Part shown: positions 1-11,369 of the stretch, piece by piece
How positions within the stretch are numbered: the stretch's first letter is position 1
Layout of the letters: the number at the start of each line of letters is the position of its first letter
Assembly: GCA_045837725.1 (NCBI GenBank)
Contig: JBEWZL010000044.1
Location: 186,001 to 250,000, forward strand
Length of the DNA: 64,000 nt
Reading direction: 5' to 3'
Origin: Vermamoeba vermiformis
Lineage: Eukaryota
Program-made: the position numbers and the translations under genes
The notes under the pieces: model-generated
What the model was told of the DNA's origin: nothing
Seen by the model: the letters and a program-made list of their open reading frames with translations, nothing else
Database searches by the model: none

Positions 1-400
1 CATCATTTAGCTCTAAAAATTCCTTATATCGTTTGCTAACGGACCATGTTTCTATTGGCACGCCATGTATTGTTATTTCAACGTGATAAACCTGAAATAA
101 AAATATCAGTCAAAAATTCAATTTAAATTCGGAGATTGCTTGTATGACATTACAATAATATAAGGTAATTTTTATAGCTGTCGTTAATATTAATTGCGCG
201 AACAGGGTTAAAAAATCGATTATAATTAACGAGCGTGCAAAGTGATTCTAGAATAACGATCCGATCTCTTTTCTAAAGAAAGCATATGCTGCTTATTATT
301 ATCATATTAAACTTACTGTAAAATGGTCTGTTGCATTTTTGACATTTTGTGTCGAAGGAATAGCAACTGTAATCCGATCAAGTACTTGCAAATCTGCCAT
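1..400 (-). CDS. PX-domain (sorting nexin-like) protein, 5' part; continues beyond window start
   Basis: ATG at 400; exon 400-317 (MADLQVLDRITVAIPSTQNVKNATDHFT), GT-AG intron, then VYHVEITIHGVPIETWSVSKRYKEFLELND, matching the PX 'V.RRYSEF..L' motif. Confidence 0.75.
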
Positions 401-591
401 TTTTCAACTCATAATAAAAATACAATATATTCTTATAATACAAATATGAGGTCTTCTCTATCTATTGTTTCATGAATTAAATTTTGGCTGCGTGTCAAAA
501 ACGAGTCTGTGACACGTGTTTGACATTTCTTGTTGCACGAGCTGAATAGGACCAAAATACCCTATAATTGATATTTATTTACATCCTAAGA

Positions 592-1630
592 TTAATTATT
601 GTTATTGTTATTGTTACTATTGTCGATTGGCGGAGTTAAATAAATATCCCAGATCTTGGGTTCGGGTTGTTCTATCGTAAACCCGTTTTGCCTTAATATG
701 GTAAAAAATGGCTCTGTTTCAACGTGTCGCGTCGAGCACATATAAAAATGTGCGTTATTAGTCTTGCTCAGTATCTGTTTCAAGGTATGTGCCAACGCTC
801 CAAAGTTTGTGACGTAGATCAAGAAATCATTTCCAACTACAACGTCATATATGCCTCCCTCTAGTAATAAAATAACGAAATTAATCCAAAAGGAAATCAG
901 TCAAATGTAACAGAAAAATTCAACCGTGAAAAAGTTATGACACCATCACTTGACACGTTGCACTCGTTATTTGTATCGTATCGTATATGCTCATATTGAT
1001 GCATAATATTATAGGTGGCAAGTACTACTGATTCATAATATAGTCATTAATAAGAGTGACGTACCTTCAGGAAATTCGGTGCCCCAAGTGTGGGGTACGT
1101 GAGGGAACCCGACGCCATTTAGTGCCGCATTGTACGCGATGTTCTTTTGAATTATTCCGTTGTCATCGTAATCGCTCGAAGTCACATTCAAATTTATAAG
1201 CTTCATGAATATAGCGAGGATACCAGTGCCTGCAGAAGTTCAAAAAAGTTAGATCGACGAAGATACTATTTGTGCACTATAATTTGGCATCGTCAAATAA
1301 TAATGATAAATTACCTGACGCAATTTCAAGTATTCTTTTGTTATTAAATAATTGCTCGCGATTTCTCAAGATCCAATCCGCAAACTTGACGTTGCCTTTC
1401 CACACAAAGTTCGCATTGGTTAAGTGAAATGAGAATTCGCGAATTTTGATCGTCATATTATTAGGAAACTCGTATAATTTCTCTTCAGACTCCGCAAGAA
1501 CGTCCTCTGGATTTGGTTCCAGATTTGCCTCGTTATTTTGATTATTGTTCTGATCTTCTTCGTCTGAATCACCTCCAAATAAATCTCTACCAAGATTTAG
1601 CGGCGGTCCAAAATAATTCTTTGATGTCAT
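592..1630 (-). CDS. Class I SAM-dependent protein methyltransferase (family 16, METTL21/23-like), 3 exons
   Basis: Exons 1630-1315, 1229-1065 and 860-592 join in frame: FVWKGNVKFADWI, motif I RILEIASGTGILAI, VTSSDY, HTWG, YDVVVGNDFLIY; ends in poly-Asn. Confidence 0.85.
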
Positions 1631-1984
1631 TGTTATTCGTCGTGATCAGATCTAGTACTCGGGTTAAAAATTGCTAAATTAATTTATTTGCAAATAAAAA
1701 ATAACAATAACGATCATATGATCCAATGCAACGCGAAAAGAAATATTTCAAAATTATTGAAAACAAAAATATCCATGGTTGCGTTAGATGCGGAGATCTG
1801 ACTTACCTACGCGTAGAAACTAACCAACGAGCCTTATAATGGTATAATCAACTGCAGTTGTGTCACCTCGTCATTTGTGAGCGATAAACATAACGAGGTA
1901 TCAAACAGGTCCATTTTATTTTCACCAGCAAAACCATACCAGCACGAGCTACAGCTGAATTTGCCATAAAAAATATTAAACACA

Positions 1985-2978
1985 ATGGAAAAGGCTCTAT
2001 TTACATACGAGGATACGACTGTAATGTCTACTGACGTGGTTCTGCTCGATCCGAAACACTTTTTGAATGATAGAGTCATTAGTTTTTACTTCGAGTGCGT
2101 ACATTATTTTAGCTTAATTAGATAAATTTTAAACCAACTTCACCAATTTTATTACCGTAGCATGAAGATGTAGAAGTCATAGCCTTCAATTTTACTTACA
2201 TAATTTTATTTACAGCTATTTAACTAAGGAAATCGTGAAAAGTGATCAAATATTCTTCCTGAACCCATCAACAGTATTTTTATTGTCGTTCTTAGAAGGT
2301 ACGTGCTCGATCGCGATTGTATTTTTCTTACTGGCTACTTTTTACGTGATATTCGATATAATATTCATTAAATGCTTACATCAATTCTATTTCAGACCCT
2401 GAAGAAGTGAAAGAAGCATTAGCAGCATTAAATCTGCCAAGCCGCGAGTTAATTTTCATTCCAATCAACAATAATTCAGATGTTTCAAAAGCAGGCGGCT
2501 CTCACTGGTGAGTAATATATTAACATATTTTTATGCTTCTATGAAGTCGTGCACAAAAATTCAAGTCAAGTTGTTAGATGTAGCTCAAAATTTTAACTTT
2601 ATCTCTTTTAGGAGCACCTTAATATACTATCGAAAGAGCAATAGTCTATTTTATATGGATTCAGCTGGTTCATATAATCAACTTGCAGCTAAACGAACGG
2701 CAGACAAACTGAAAGCAGTGCTCGAAGTCAAATCAAAACCTTCGTTCAATATTCTTCGTACGCCACAACAACAGAATGAATATGACTGCGGAGTCTTCGT
2801 ATTATCAATATGTGAAGAAGTCGGTGTTTGGGCAAAAGATCTGATCGCAAGTCAAGCTCCGATCGAAGGAAAAAATATTCAACAAACAGCGGCAGCTCAT
2901 GTTAATCCTAACCAAGTCCAAAAAAAGCGTCAAGAAATTAAGCAACTCATCCTTGAAATGGCCAAGACGCAAAAATAA
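1985..2978 (+). CDS. SENP8: NEDD8-specific protease SENP8/DEN1 (Ulp1/C48 family), 4 exons
   Basis: Spliced product MEKALFTYEDTTVMSTDVVLLDPKHFLNDRVISFYF...IFIPINNNSDVSKAGGSHWSTLIY...FYMDS...PQQQNEYDCGVF, with His-Asp-Cys triad and SENP8-type N-terminus. Confidence 0.88.
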
Positions 2979-3221
2979 ATCAAACAAATCGTTTGCCGAC
3001 AACCAGATCAAGACCTCTCAAACTTTGGATAATTGCCATTAAATCGCTTAAATGAACCAAATCAATGCTAAAATTCACTACAACAACGTCCCTGGGTCTC
3101 ACGGCGCCGCTGATCTGTTGTAAGTCAAAATAATTAATATTTATTTTCTTATTGTATATAATTATTATTTGCATATATCAACAATTCCATAAGACATTAT
3201 TGTTCTATTTAATCTATATAG

Positions 3222-5168
3222 CTACTTGAAACTTAACAAGTTGAGTAACTTCTGGTACCCAAAGTGTTCTTTGGCGCAATCAATTATTGTTCGTCCGTTC
3301 TCATCTTGATAGTCAGTTCGTGCGCCAAGAACTATAAGTAGCTTAATAATACGAGAACAGGCATTGACCAAGATTGCAATCATCAGCGGCGAACACATCC
3401 GCTCTTTGTACAAACACGGTGCGTTCACATCCGCTCCGTAAGCTGTCAATATGCATATGTTTGAAATAATACTATCATTGTCAGTACGGTCTACTTTGAC
3501 AATTATCATGGCCAAGGGTGATAAAAAATCGCCGCGATGTAGATTCGGATCTGCGCCATTTTTGACTAAGTCGTCTATTCCGCATTGAGAGGATTTTTTC
3601 AAAAAGGATATCAATGGAGTATTTCCATTCGTATCCATATGATTAATAATATGGCTATGGTGAGTCCAAAAAGTACTACTAAACTCCCTTTTGTCCGTGA
3701 TTAGTTTGTTTAATAACGAACAGCCATTGTGTTCTAAAGTTCCATCGAAATTATATGTCACCATCAGATCTTTTAATTTATCAACGTCATATTTTTCAGC
3801 CACTTTCCACTTGATTTCGTTCGATCCTTTTTGCATGACAAGATCAACGCTTTTCGGATCCACATCTCTCATGTCTAATTTATCAAATGGAATTGTGCAG
3901 CCCTTTTCTAACATCGCCTGAAATAAAGACACGTTGCGAACGCTTGCATATGTATCTGACCAATCTTCGCGTAGAAACGAGATCTTGTCCCATTGGATCT
4001 TGTCCGTGAGATATTTTTCACTGTAGCCATTCACCATTTGCAAAGCAATCCCTAACAGTGGTTGTCGAGCCAATGACCGTTTTGTTACTTTCGGCGATAA
4101 CAACATTCGAAAGAAAGAATTGATCGTGCTGCTTTCGACCGAAATTCCATTCTGCAACAACTCCATTGCTTCGTCAATCTGACCGTAATAGACAAAAGAG
4201 GCAAATTTCATCTCGTTTGGGACCGTTATTTTGTTAGTACGGACTAGTAATTCGTAAGCTTCTTTGAAGCAAATATTTGAATAGTTTTCGAGGAGGAAAT
4301 AGGTGTAGTAATTGAATCTTCGCGAAGTTAATGCAGTGGCATATTTATAACTTAAATTGGTGTGCAAATATTCCTCGTAATCCATCGTTGTTTCCTTGTC
4401 CAACAATTGAGCGGCAGTTTGAAAGTCTTTTAGTTGCAACGCTTTTTCCAATCGCGTTTGTCCAAATGTTCTGAAGTACTTTTCGTACGACAATTCTTTT
4501 TCATCGAGTTTCTCTACCTCGTCAATTTTGCACACACTTAACTCTCCGCTCCGCTGCACCAAAGTATAACTTTCAGGTCCAATGACTTTGTAAGGGGGCA
4601 TCCCACTGTACGATATTGTTAAGTCTTCAACAGAACTTGGTAGCATCGGTGATGCTTGTCCGTAAAAATGATTTGAATAATCAATCTGCACCCGCTTGAC
4701 GTTGGGAAAGTTTTCTCTCAAAAATTTTTCATCTTTATCGACATCTAAGATTGCTAAAGTTGTCACTTTTTCCACCGGTTTGCATAGAATTCTTTGGTAA
4801 TCAGCTTCTTTAATAATTAAGGTAGTTAAGCGTTTTGATGCGTCGACCAATAGATTAACGCTGTATGGATGTCGGATCAGTTCTCCGTAAGGAACGGTTA
4901 ATATGTCCGGCTGGTATTTTCTAACAATAGCAACTGCATCGGCCAGTGTAAAAGTAATCTCCCATCTGCTGGGCAACCGTACCTGCTTTGGTGCAATATT
5001 TGCAGTTTCGCAGATCTGCTTCCATCGTTTACAAACTGGTGAGAATAAAAGAACCCAATTATTGAAACAATAATAGCTAAATATATGTTGTTCGATAATC
5101 TCGTTAGGCACCAAGGCAAAGTGGCAAGTTTCTGCGATCCGTTTCGCTCTTGATCTGGTCGTCGCCAT
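3222..5168 (-). CDS. Intronless F-box + C-terminal ankyrin-repeat protein (648 aa)
   Basis: N-terminal LVPNEIIEQHIFSY...VCKRWKQI; ankyrin motifs DTNGNTPLI, NGADPN, YGADVNA, DENGRTIID. Confidence 0.85.
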   Translation of the reverse strand: MATTRSRAKRIAETCHFALVPNEIIEQHIFSYYCFNNWVLLFSPVCKRWKQICETANIAPKQVRLPSRWEITFTLADAVAIVRKYQPDILTVPYGELIRHPYSVNLLVDASKRLTTLIIKEADYQRILCKPVEKVTTLAILDVDKDEKFLRENFPNVKRVQIDYSNHFYGQASPMLPSSVEDLTISYSGMPPYKVIGPESYTLVQRSGELSVCKIDEVEKLDEKELSYEKYFRTFGQTRLEKALQLKDFQTAAQLLDKETTMDYEEYLHTNLSYKYATALTSRRFNYYTYFLLENYSNICFKEAYELLVRTNKITVPNEMKFASFVYYGQIDEAMELLQNGISVESSTINSFFRMLLSPKVTKRSLARQPLLGIALQMVNGYSEKYLTDKIQWDKISFLREDWSDTYASVRNVSLFQAMLEKGCTIPFDKLDMRDVDPKSVDLVMQKGSNEIKWKVAEKYDVDKLKDLMVTYNFDGTLEHNGCSLLNKLITDKREFSSTFWTHHSHIINHMDTNGNTPLISFLKKSSQCGIDDLVKNGADPNLHRGDFLSPLAMIIVKVDRTDNDSIISNICILTAYGADVNAPCLYKERMCSPLMIAILVNACSRIIKLLIVLGARTDYQDENGRTIIDCAKEHFGYQKLLNLLSFK

Positions 5169-5398
5169 AATTGATTCTGGATCAATGAAAAGCCACAGAG
5201 ATTATCAAAAATACTCCTTTTGAGGTATTGTGTACAATTCGGTGTTAGAACAATGAAAAATGTCGGAGTTTCGCAAATTTGCAAACTGATCGGTTGAGCG
5301 GTTTAAGTTTGTTGCTGAATTTATTTTGCTAATTTGCTTATATTACCGATACGTAGTTATCTAATATTAATATAGTTATTGTGCAAGCAGATCATCGT

Positions 5399-7321
5399 CT
5401 AAATTTCTTTCCATCGACGTAAACAGTCCAGCACATCCGCCGATGCAAAATCCAAAATAGTTTGACCAGTCTCATCTGCATAATCTGCACGAGCACCATG
5501 TACAAGAAGAAGCAGGTATATGTTGTCCTCACACCCTGCTTTGACTGCAATCATCAACGGCGAGCACATCCGCTCTTGGTACAGACAAGGTGCGTTAACA
5601 TCAGCTTTGTTGTGCAATAACTCCTTAATTATAGGAAAAGCACTCCAAATATCCATTTTTCCTAATCGATTCACTAATACTGCCGCAAGTGGACTGAGTT
5701 GATCGCCACGATAAAGATTCGGATCCGCTCCAAGCCGCAAAAGTTTGCAAACTGCGGTAAGATTAGCTTCTTCAATAGCAGACATTAACGGGGTATATCC
5801 TCGAGAGTCCATATGATTGATATACTCTGCATAAGAGCTCTCAAACAGATCGTAGTCCAAGGCGATCCGCGCATTCAAAAGCGACTCGCCGTCTTTTTCA
5901 GTTATGATCGCAATTTTCAATTTACTAAACAAATCTTTCCTAATTTGTAAATCCATGGTTCTAACACGAAGCATTTCAAAAGCCACGCCCGGATCAATTT
6001 CATTAACTTCGTAAATCAAATTGTCAATTAATTTGTCGGTTTTAGGCAATGCCACCCGACAGCCAGCACGTGCCATTTCTACGAATATTCTTGCGTTATA
6101 ATAGTTTGTGTCCACGAGAGACCAATCAATATTGAATATTTTTAGCTTTTCAAACAGCGAGACCGAGTAGACGTAGAAAGTATTAGAGTGCGATTGTAAG
6201 ATCTTCGCCCCGGCTTGCAAAATTTCGGGCTTTTTAAGGTCTTCAATTTGAATCGTTGGTGATTGGACGATAGCGAAAAGACTGGTAAGTACTCCAAACC
6301 CATTAACCTTCGGAAGTAGTTCCAATGCCTCTTTGAACCGTTGGAGCTTTGCAAGTGTTAGGAATTTGTACGTTGGATTCATTGAAATCGAAAATTTTTC
6401 CAAGAAATAGTACGCGATCTCGTTGTATCCTTCGTCGGATCTCAACAGAACTTCATAATGCTCTGGATATTGTGACACATTCAATCTAGTAGGATATTTG
6501 TATGGCAATCTATTGTTAAGATACTGGTCGTATTCCATTGTTGTTTGCGTTGTCAAAAGTTCGGTCGCTAGATTAATGTTTCGATTGCAAAGAGCAACTT
6601 TAAGTCTTGTAACACCAAAATAGCGGTAAAATTCTACATAAGACAACGTTTCTACAGGAATTTCTTGCCAAGTGCCATAGATTTTTTGAGCAACTTTGAA
6701 ATGTTTCGGACTAATCACTGTGAACTTCGGAATATTTATCGATGAATATTCAGTTTCGCTATAATTTTCTGCCTCCACAATTGCCAACTCTTTCAATTTT
6801 GAGATATATGTATTGTCTAGGCTATTCAGACAATCCACTTGCAACCGTTCAAGATTCGGAAACAGATTGAACACTTCCGCAAGTGACAAACTGCCGTCAA
6901 GGGCAACCGTTGTTATGTGGGCAATCGGGTTCATCGGGTCCCTATGGTTTCGAAAGCAAAGTTCCGCATTTTTTACGATGAGTGTTTTGAAACTTTTGGA
7001 TGTGGCCACAACAAGATCGAGTAACAAGCAATGAGTTGCTAACGTCTCCATATCGATTGATAGCATACTTGGTTGGTGCTTTTTTATCCATAAAATAACT
7101 TCTTGCTGGTTTGGATCAAGAGGGATGTTCAAATATTTCGTAACAGTTTTCGAATTTTCGCAGATCCACTTCCATCTCTTGCACACTGCCATAAATATCT
7201 TCGACCACTCCGTAAAGCAAAAATATTGAAATACATGGTGCTCTATCACTACGTTTGGAACGGTATTGATATAGCAAGGTGCTGCCTCGGAACTAGCAGC
7301 GCTGAAATAGGCGTCTTGCAT
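5399..7321 (-). CDS. Intronless F-box + ankyrin-repeat protein (640 aa), tandem paralog of 3222-5168
   Basis: VPNVVIEHHVFQY...VCKRWKWI; DSRGYTPLM, LGADPNLYRGD, ADVNAPCLYQERMCSPLMIA shared with the neighbouring gene. Confidence 0.85.
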   Translation of the reverse strand: MQDAYFSAASSEAAPCYINTVPNVVIEHHVFQYFCFTEWSKIFMAVCKRWKWICENSKTVTKYLNIPLDPNQQEVILWIKKHQPSMLSIDMETLATHCLLLDLVVATSKSFKTLIVKNAELCFRNHRDPMNPIAHITTVALDGSLSLAEVFNLFPNLERLQVDCLNSLDNTYISKLKELAIVEAENYSETEYSSINIPKFTVISPKHFKVAQKIYGTWQEIPVETLSYVEFYRYFGVTRLKVALCNRNINLATELLTTQTTMEYDQYLNNRLPYKYPTRLNVSQYPEHYEVLLRSDEGYNEIAYYFLEKFSISMNPTYKFLTLAKLQRFKEALELLPKVNGFGVLTSLFAIVQSPTIQIEDLKKPEILQAGAKILQSHSNTFYVYSVSLFEKLKIFNIDWSLVDTNYYNARIFVEMARAGCRVALPKTDKLIDNLIYEVNEIDPGVAFEMLRVRTMDLQIRKDLFSKLKIAIITEKDGESLLNARIALDYDLFESSYAEYINHMDSRGYTPLMSAIEEANLTAVCKLLRLGADPNLYRGDQLSPLAAVLVNRLGKMDIWSAFPIIKELLHNKADVNAPCLYQERMCSPLMIAVKAGCEDNIYLLLLVHGARADYADETGQTILDFASADVLDCLRRWKEI

Positions 7322-8080
7322 GTAAATTCAATGTGCTGTGTAGCGTGGTTGGTAAATAATGAGCATTTGCTTGGAAATGATTTTTGTCGGTTAATCTGCA
7401 AATTTCATTGCTCGGCGGGAGTCGGGACTTGACCGAAGCTTTTCTGGTGTTCCGATTAAGTCTACTACTAGAGGTAGCACCAGCATAGTCGCCGGCGAGC
7501 ATTTGATAATCTCATCGTGTAAGTGCTCTCCCTGATTAAATGTAGGAATAACAATAATAAGATTATTGCTGTTCAATGCCTGGAAATTCTCGTTGAACGA
7601 ATGTTTTTCAAGATCCAACAAAATATTGCTCCGTAATTTCCTATAAATTAGATATTATTATTGCCATAAATTTAAAGTAATTTTAACCGATTATAATTAT
7701 TCGTAACGAAAAAACTAAAATTCACAATCTGTTAAGTTGCGTTGGTAAAACTAACCTGCAGCATTGGTCGATGATTGTTTTGCTAGGAAAATAAATATTA
7801 TGCTTAATACAGCCATTATTCGCTGCAAAGCTGTAACAAGGATCGACACGTTCTGATCAGCAGCGCAATAATAAATACCCACTGCATTGAAGGGCTGGAC
7901 GAACGTACCTTATCAACTACTAAGGTAATGACAAATCTTCTTCGATCGCATTAATCGAGGTGCTGCGTGTCCGTTTTCATCTGAAATTATAAAAATTATT
8001 AATTTAACAAAATCAATCAAAACAAAAGATCATACGAGGACATAACCCAACAATGACATGACAGTATTTCGTTAGTCAGA

Positions 8081-10245
8081 ATGTTGTGGATATTTGTTGC
8101 GCTCGTGATCGCAGTTGGCTCGATCCTTGTTTCCGCCTCGCAAAAGTTAGTCGAAGGAGTGCAGAAAAATCGGAGTTACTACGCGCCTCCAAGCGAAGCA
8201 TTCATTGACTAAATGATGCCTGAGGTACCAAATTAAGCCTTAATAAGGCAGAGCCCAGTCGGATGGCTGAATTTAAAGACCAAAATTATTTCTAATTTTA
8301 TTTCAGTACCAAAAATAAGCTGACAATATGTATTACATCTGTTTTATGCTAATATGAGGATTTTAGGAAATTATGGAGCACATATTTTCATTTATGGATC
8401 CGCTCACTCTGTTACAATGCTGCAATGTCAGCAAGTATTGGCGCTTTCATGCATCAAAAGGTAGAATAAAGTCGATAGTACTAGATACATATGAACACGT
8501 GTAAGTGTAACAAAATTAAGTTCTCGATCGAGCCAGTTCTAACCCCAGATCCCATTTTAGAGTCCACGATTGCTACGGAATGAAAGTACTATTACGCAGA
8601 GCACGACTAAATGGCAGAAAATTACTGTTAGAATACCCTGTAAGTGCAATTTTTCAAATCCGGATCTTCGGTTGGCGCTAAAATATTCTGGCGCTGCTTG
8701 TAGGCAAATTATCCCATAGATAATCGACTAAGAGATATAGCCTTGGCTGAAAAGGGAGGCAAGAAATTATTAGAATTGGATCTAAGCGAGGTCGACATTG
8801 AGTCTTTAACAGAACTGTTGGATTTGGACGAGTAAGGCAATAATTATATTATATTCGTACTTATAAGTTAATTATTAAAATGATAATTGATAATAGTGAA
8901 AATATGTATTTAGGCGCAGATCTTGACTGTTTTTTTTTCGTGCAGGTACGTCGTTAAAACAACCGCTAGCATACTACACGATCCCGATCCAAATCTCTTC
9001 ATCGGAACAAAAATAGTCACCGTGCGCAACGATGCAGCGTTTCAATCAATTCTCGCTTACAATGAAGACGGACCTCATAGCCCTGATGAAGATGCCAAAT
9101 ATGAAGTGATGCTTGATTTGAAGACGTATTGTGATAATGAAGCCAATCACTTAATTATGGTCAGAAATTTGTCGCCGCAGAAGAAGCGATTTGGTAAGTT
9201 TCCTTTTTAGGAAATACCGATAATGCGAGTTCGACGCATTCAAAATCTTACAGCCCAATTTTTTCGCGAAACAGCCATCATGTTGCGCACTCTCCCGACC
9301 TCATTAGGCATCGCAGCTATAAAAATCCCACATGGCAACAATGCCGTTGGATGGGTCCGATATGCGCTTCCTAAATAGGAAAGTCCCACGTGACTTTGGG
9401 ATCGCGTGACGAGCGCCGACATTTCGGTTGTTTTGCGAAAAACTTGAACGTATGAATTTGAATGCGCAAACAGTACTGACATTAAACGCATATCTTTATA
9501 TTTTACTTCGAAGCATGACATGTGCTGACACTTTCCGTTTCCTTTTATAGGCATTATTCTGCTCGATGACAGCTTCGTGCAAGTAATGGTACTTCTACTT
9601 GTTCCGGTGATCGCTCACGACGTACTATACTCCGAAATTCTTATGACCTTCTTCAAACAATGGTTTGGCGTGGCAGCATTTATCGCGCTGACCGTGTTCG
9701 TACTGTACGCGAGTTGGGATTTGGTACAGACTTTTCCTGACAAGAAGAACATCGGCTTATTCAAGAAATTAATGGCAGTCGCTCTGATCGTGTCTATTAT
9801 TGGCTTTATTTGGTTTTATCCAAGGAGCTCAACGCATTTTGGATTTATCGGCAGTTTCATCGTGATAGAATTTTACCTCGTTACGGCACTTTATCAGTTT
9901 ACTTTTGGAGACACGTTATTCAAGCCAAAAAGCAAAAATAAGCTGCGAATATTCATCGTATGTATAGCACTAGTGTTGCTGATCAATGATTGGTCAATGA
10001 CAGTTCGCAGCATAATTGATGGCATTTTCTGGCACCGATTATTATGGAACACAATTCATTATTTACTCTTCTCCGTGTATTTTATGTGGCTTGGCTTATT
10101 GATAGATATTATTATTTTCGAAGAAAATAATCCTTTGGCTTTCACGAACATTTTCAAAAAAGAAACGATTGTGCTAATGACCAAACTTTATGGTGCAACT
10201 CTACTGGCAACATTATACGCTCCATATTGGCAACATAATCAATAA
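8081..10245 (+). pseudogene. Membrane anchor + F-box + polytopic TM family member with one premature stop
   Basis: Six exons splice in frame (MLWIFVALVIAVGSILVS...; PEEIMEHIFSFMDPLTLLQCCNVSKYW; TM domain ending TLYAPYWQHNQ). TAA at 8210-8212 sits where paralogs have CAA (or AAA). Confidence 0.75.
9235..9466. repeat. Degenerate fold-back/MITE-like insert in an intron
   Basis: About 55 bp imperfect inverted ends (cgcattcaaa...ttttcgcgaaacagcc vs ggttgttttgcgaaaa...tttgaatgcg); this intron is much longer than the equivalent intron in paralogs. Confidence 0.5.
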
Positions 10246-11369
10246 ATGAACCATGGTCCTAAACTCGTAGCAGTATCATAATGTTCAATAAGACGCCAAT
10301 AGCCAAGCCTAACAAAAGAGAGATCAGATCCGAAAAAATTTTACTCGATGAAAAGAGTCTCAATATGAACTTACCAATATTCTAAGAATTTAATGACGGT
10401 CGTCAAGTCCATTCTCTTCGTCCACACATAAGGCCTTGTCGAGTTAAATGATGTCAAAGTTTCAAATCGCATGTGGAATTGAACTTCCGAACTCGCCTCA
10501 AAGCGCAAGATTTGAATCAAAACTAGTTCAGCTTTGCCATTAATGTTGACTTTGGGACGTAATACTGAACAATAGGGCACTCCTTCAGTACTAAGTTGAA
10601 CTGCTGGATTTGCAACGTTTTTCCAAAACTTCGGATCTGCTCCGACATTAACTGTATTTAGTGGAGTAGCAGGTCTGATTGGACATAATAAATAATCATT
10701 CCGATCTTTGTAGTGATCGATGCGGCAGTAGATTGTTTGAATGAAGTCGTGTACGGAGATCAGATCCGTCAAATTCAACTTCTGTCGTTGCAAGTCGCAA
10801 ACTTCATTTAAAGATAGCCTTTGCAAAGTCATTATTATAGTCTTAAGTGATAAACAACTATAATTAGTGACTTACTTTCGTTGAGATTTGAACCATCGGA
10901 TCCCGTCTGAATCACAGCAAAGTATTTCGTCAATCCACGGCCTCAAAGAGAATGCAATCCATGGCCATGATTGACCTTTGCACGTACAATATGATAATAT
11001 TGTGATACGGTCAAATATCTTCTTCATAGATTCGATCGCTGCAGTGCCTTTGCAACGTTTTTCCAGCTCCAGTCTATTTTTCTGAACTCTCTTCCCTCTC
11101 CAAATGTAATTGAGTTTGATGTTACAAATCATGCGTTGCAAACGTGACATCGCTAGCTTATGAAACTGATGTCGTTCTTGAAACAATCTGCAAACTGATG
11201 ATGGTAATACCGGCAATTGCGCAACATAAGTCTTCGTGAAGCATTTTATCTTTAAATTCTGCAAAGCTGATAAGGGATGGAATTTAACGTTACAATGGAC
11301 ATCCTCGGGAGAAAAATCCTCGGTAAAGCTGAGTCTGTGGTCTTTAGTCATATCAATAACGTCTATACT

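Noticed and set aside
8210-8212. Alternative genetic code (TAA=Gln)
   Set aside because: Conserved genes such as SENP8 and V-ATPase F end at TAA, and long ORFs lack internal TAA/TAG; this looks like an isolated mutation.
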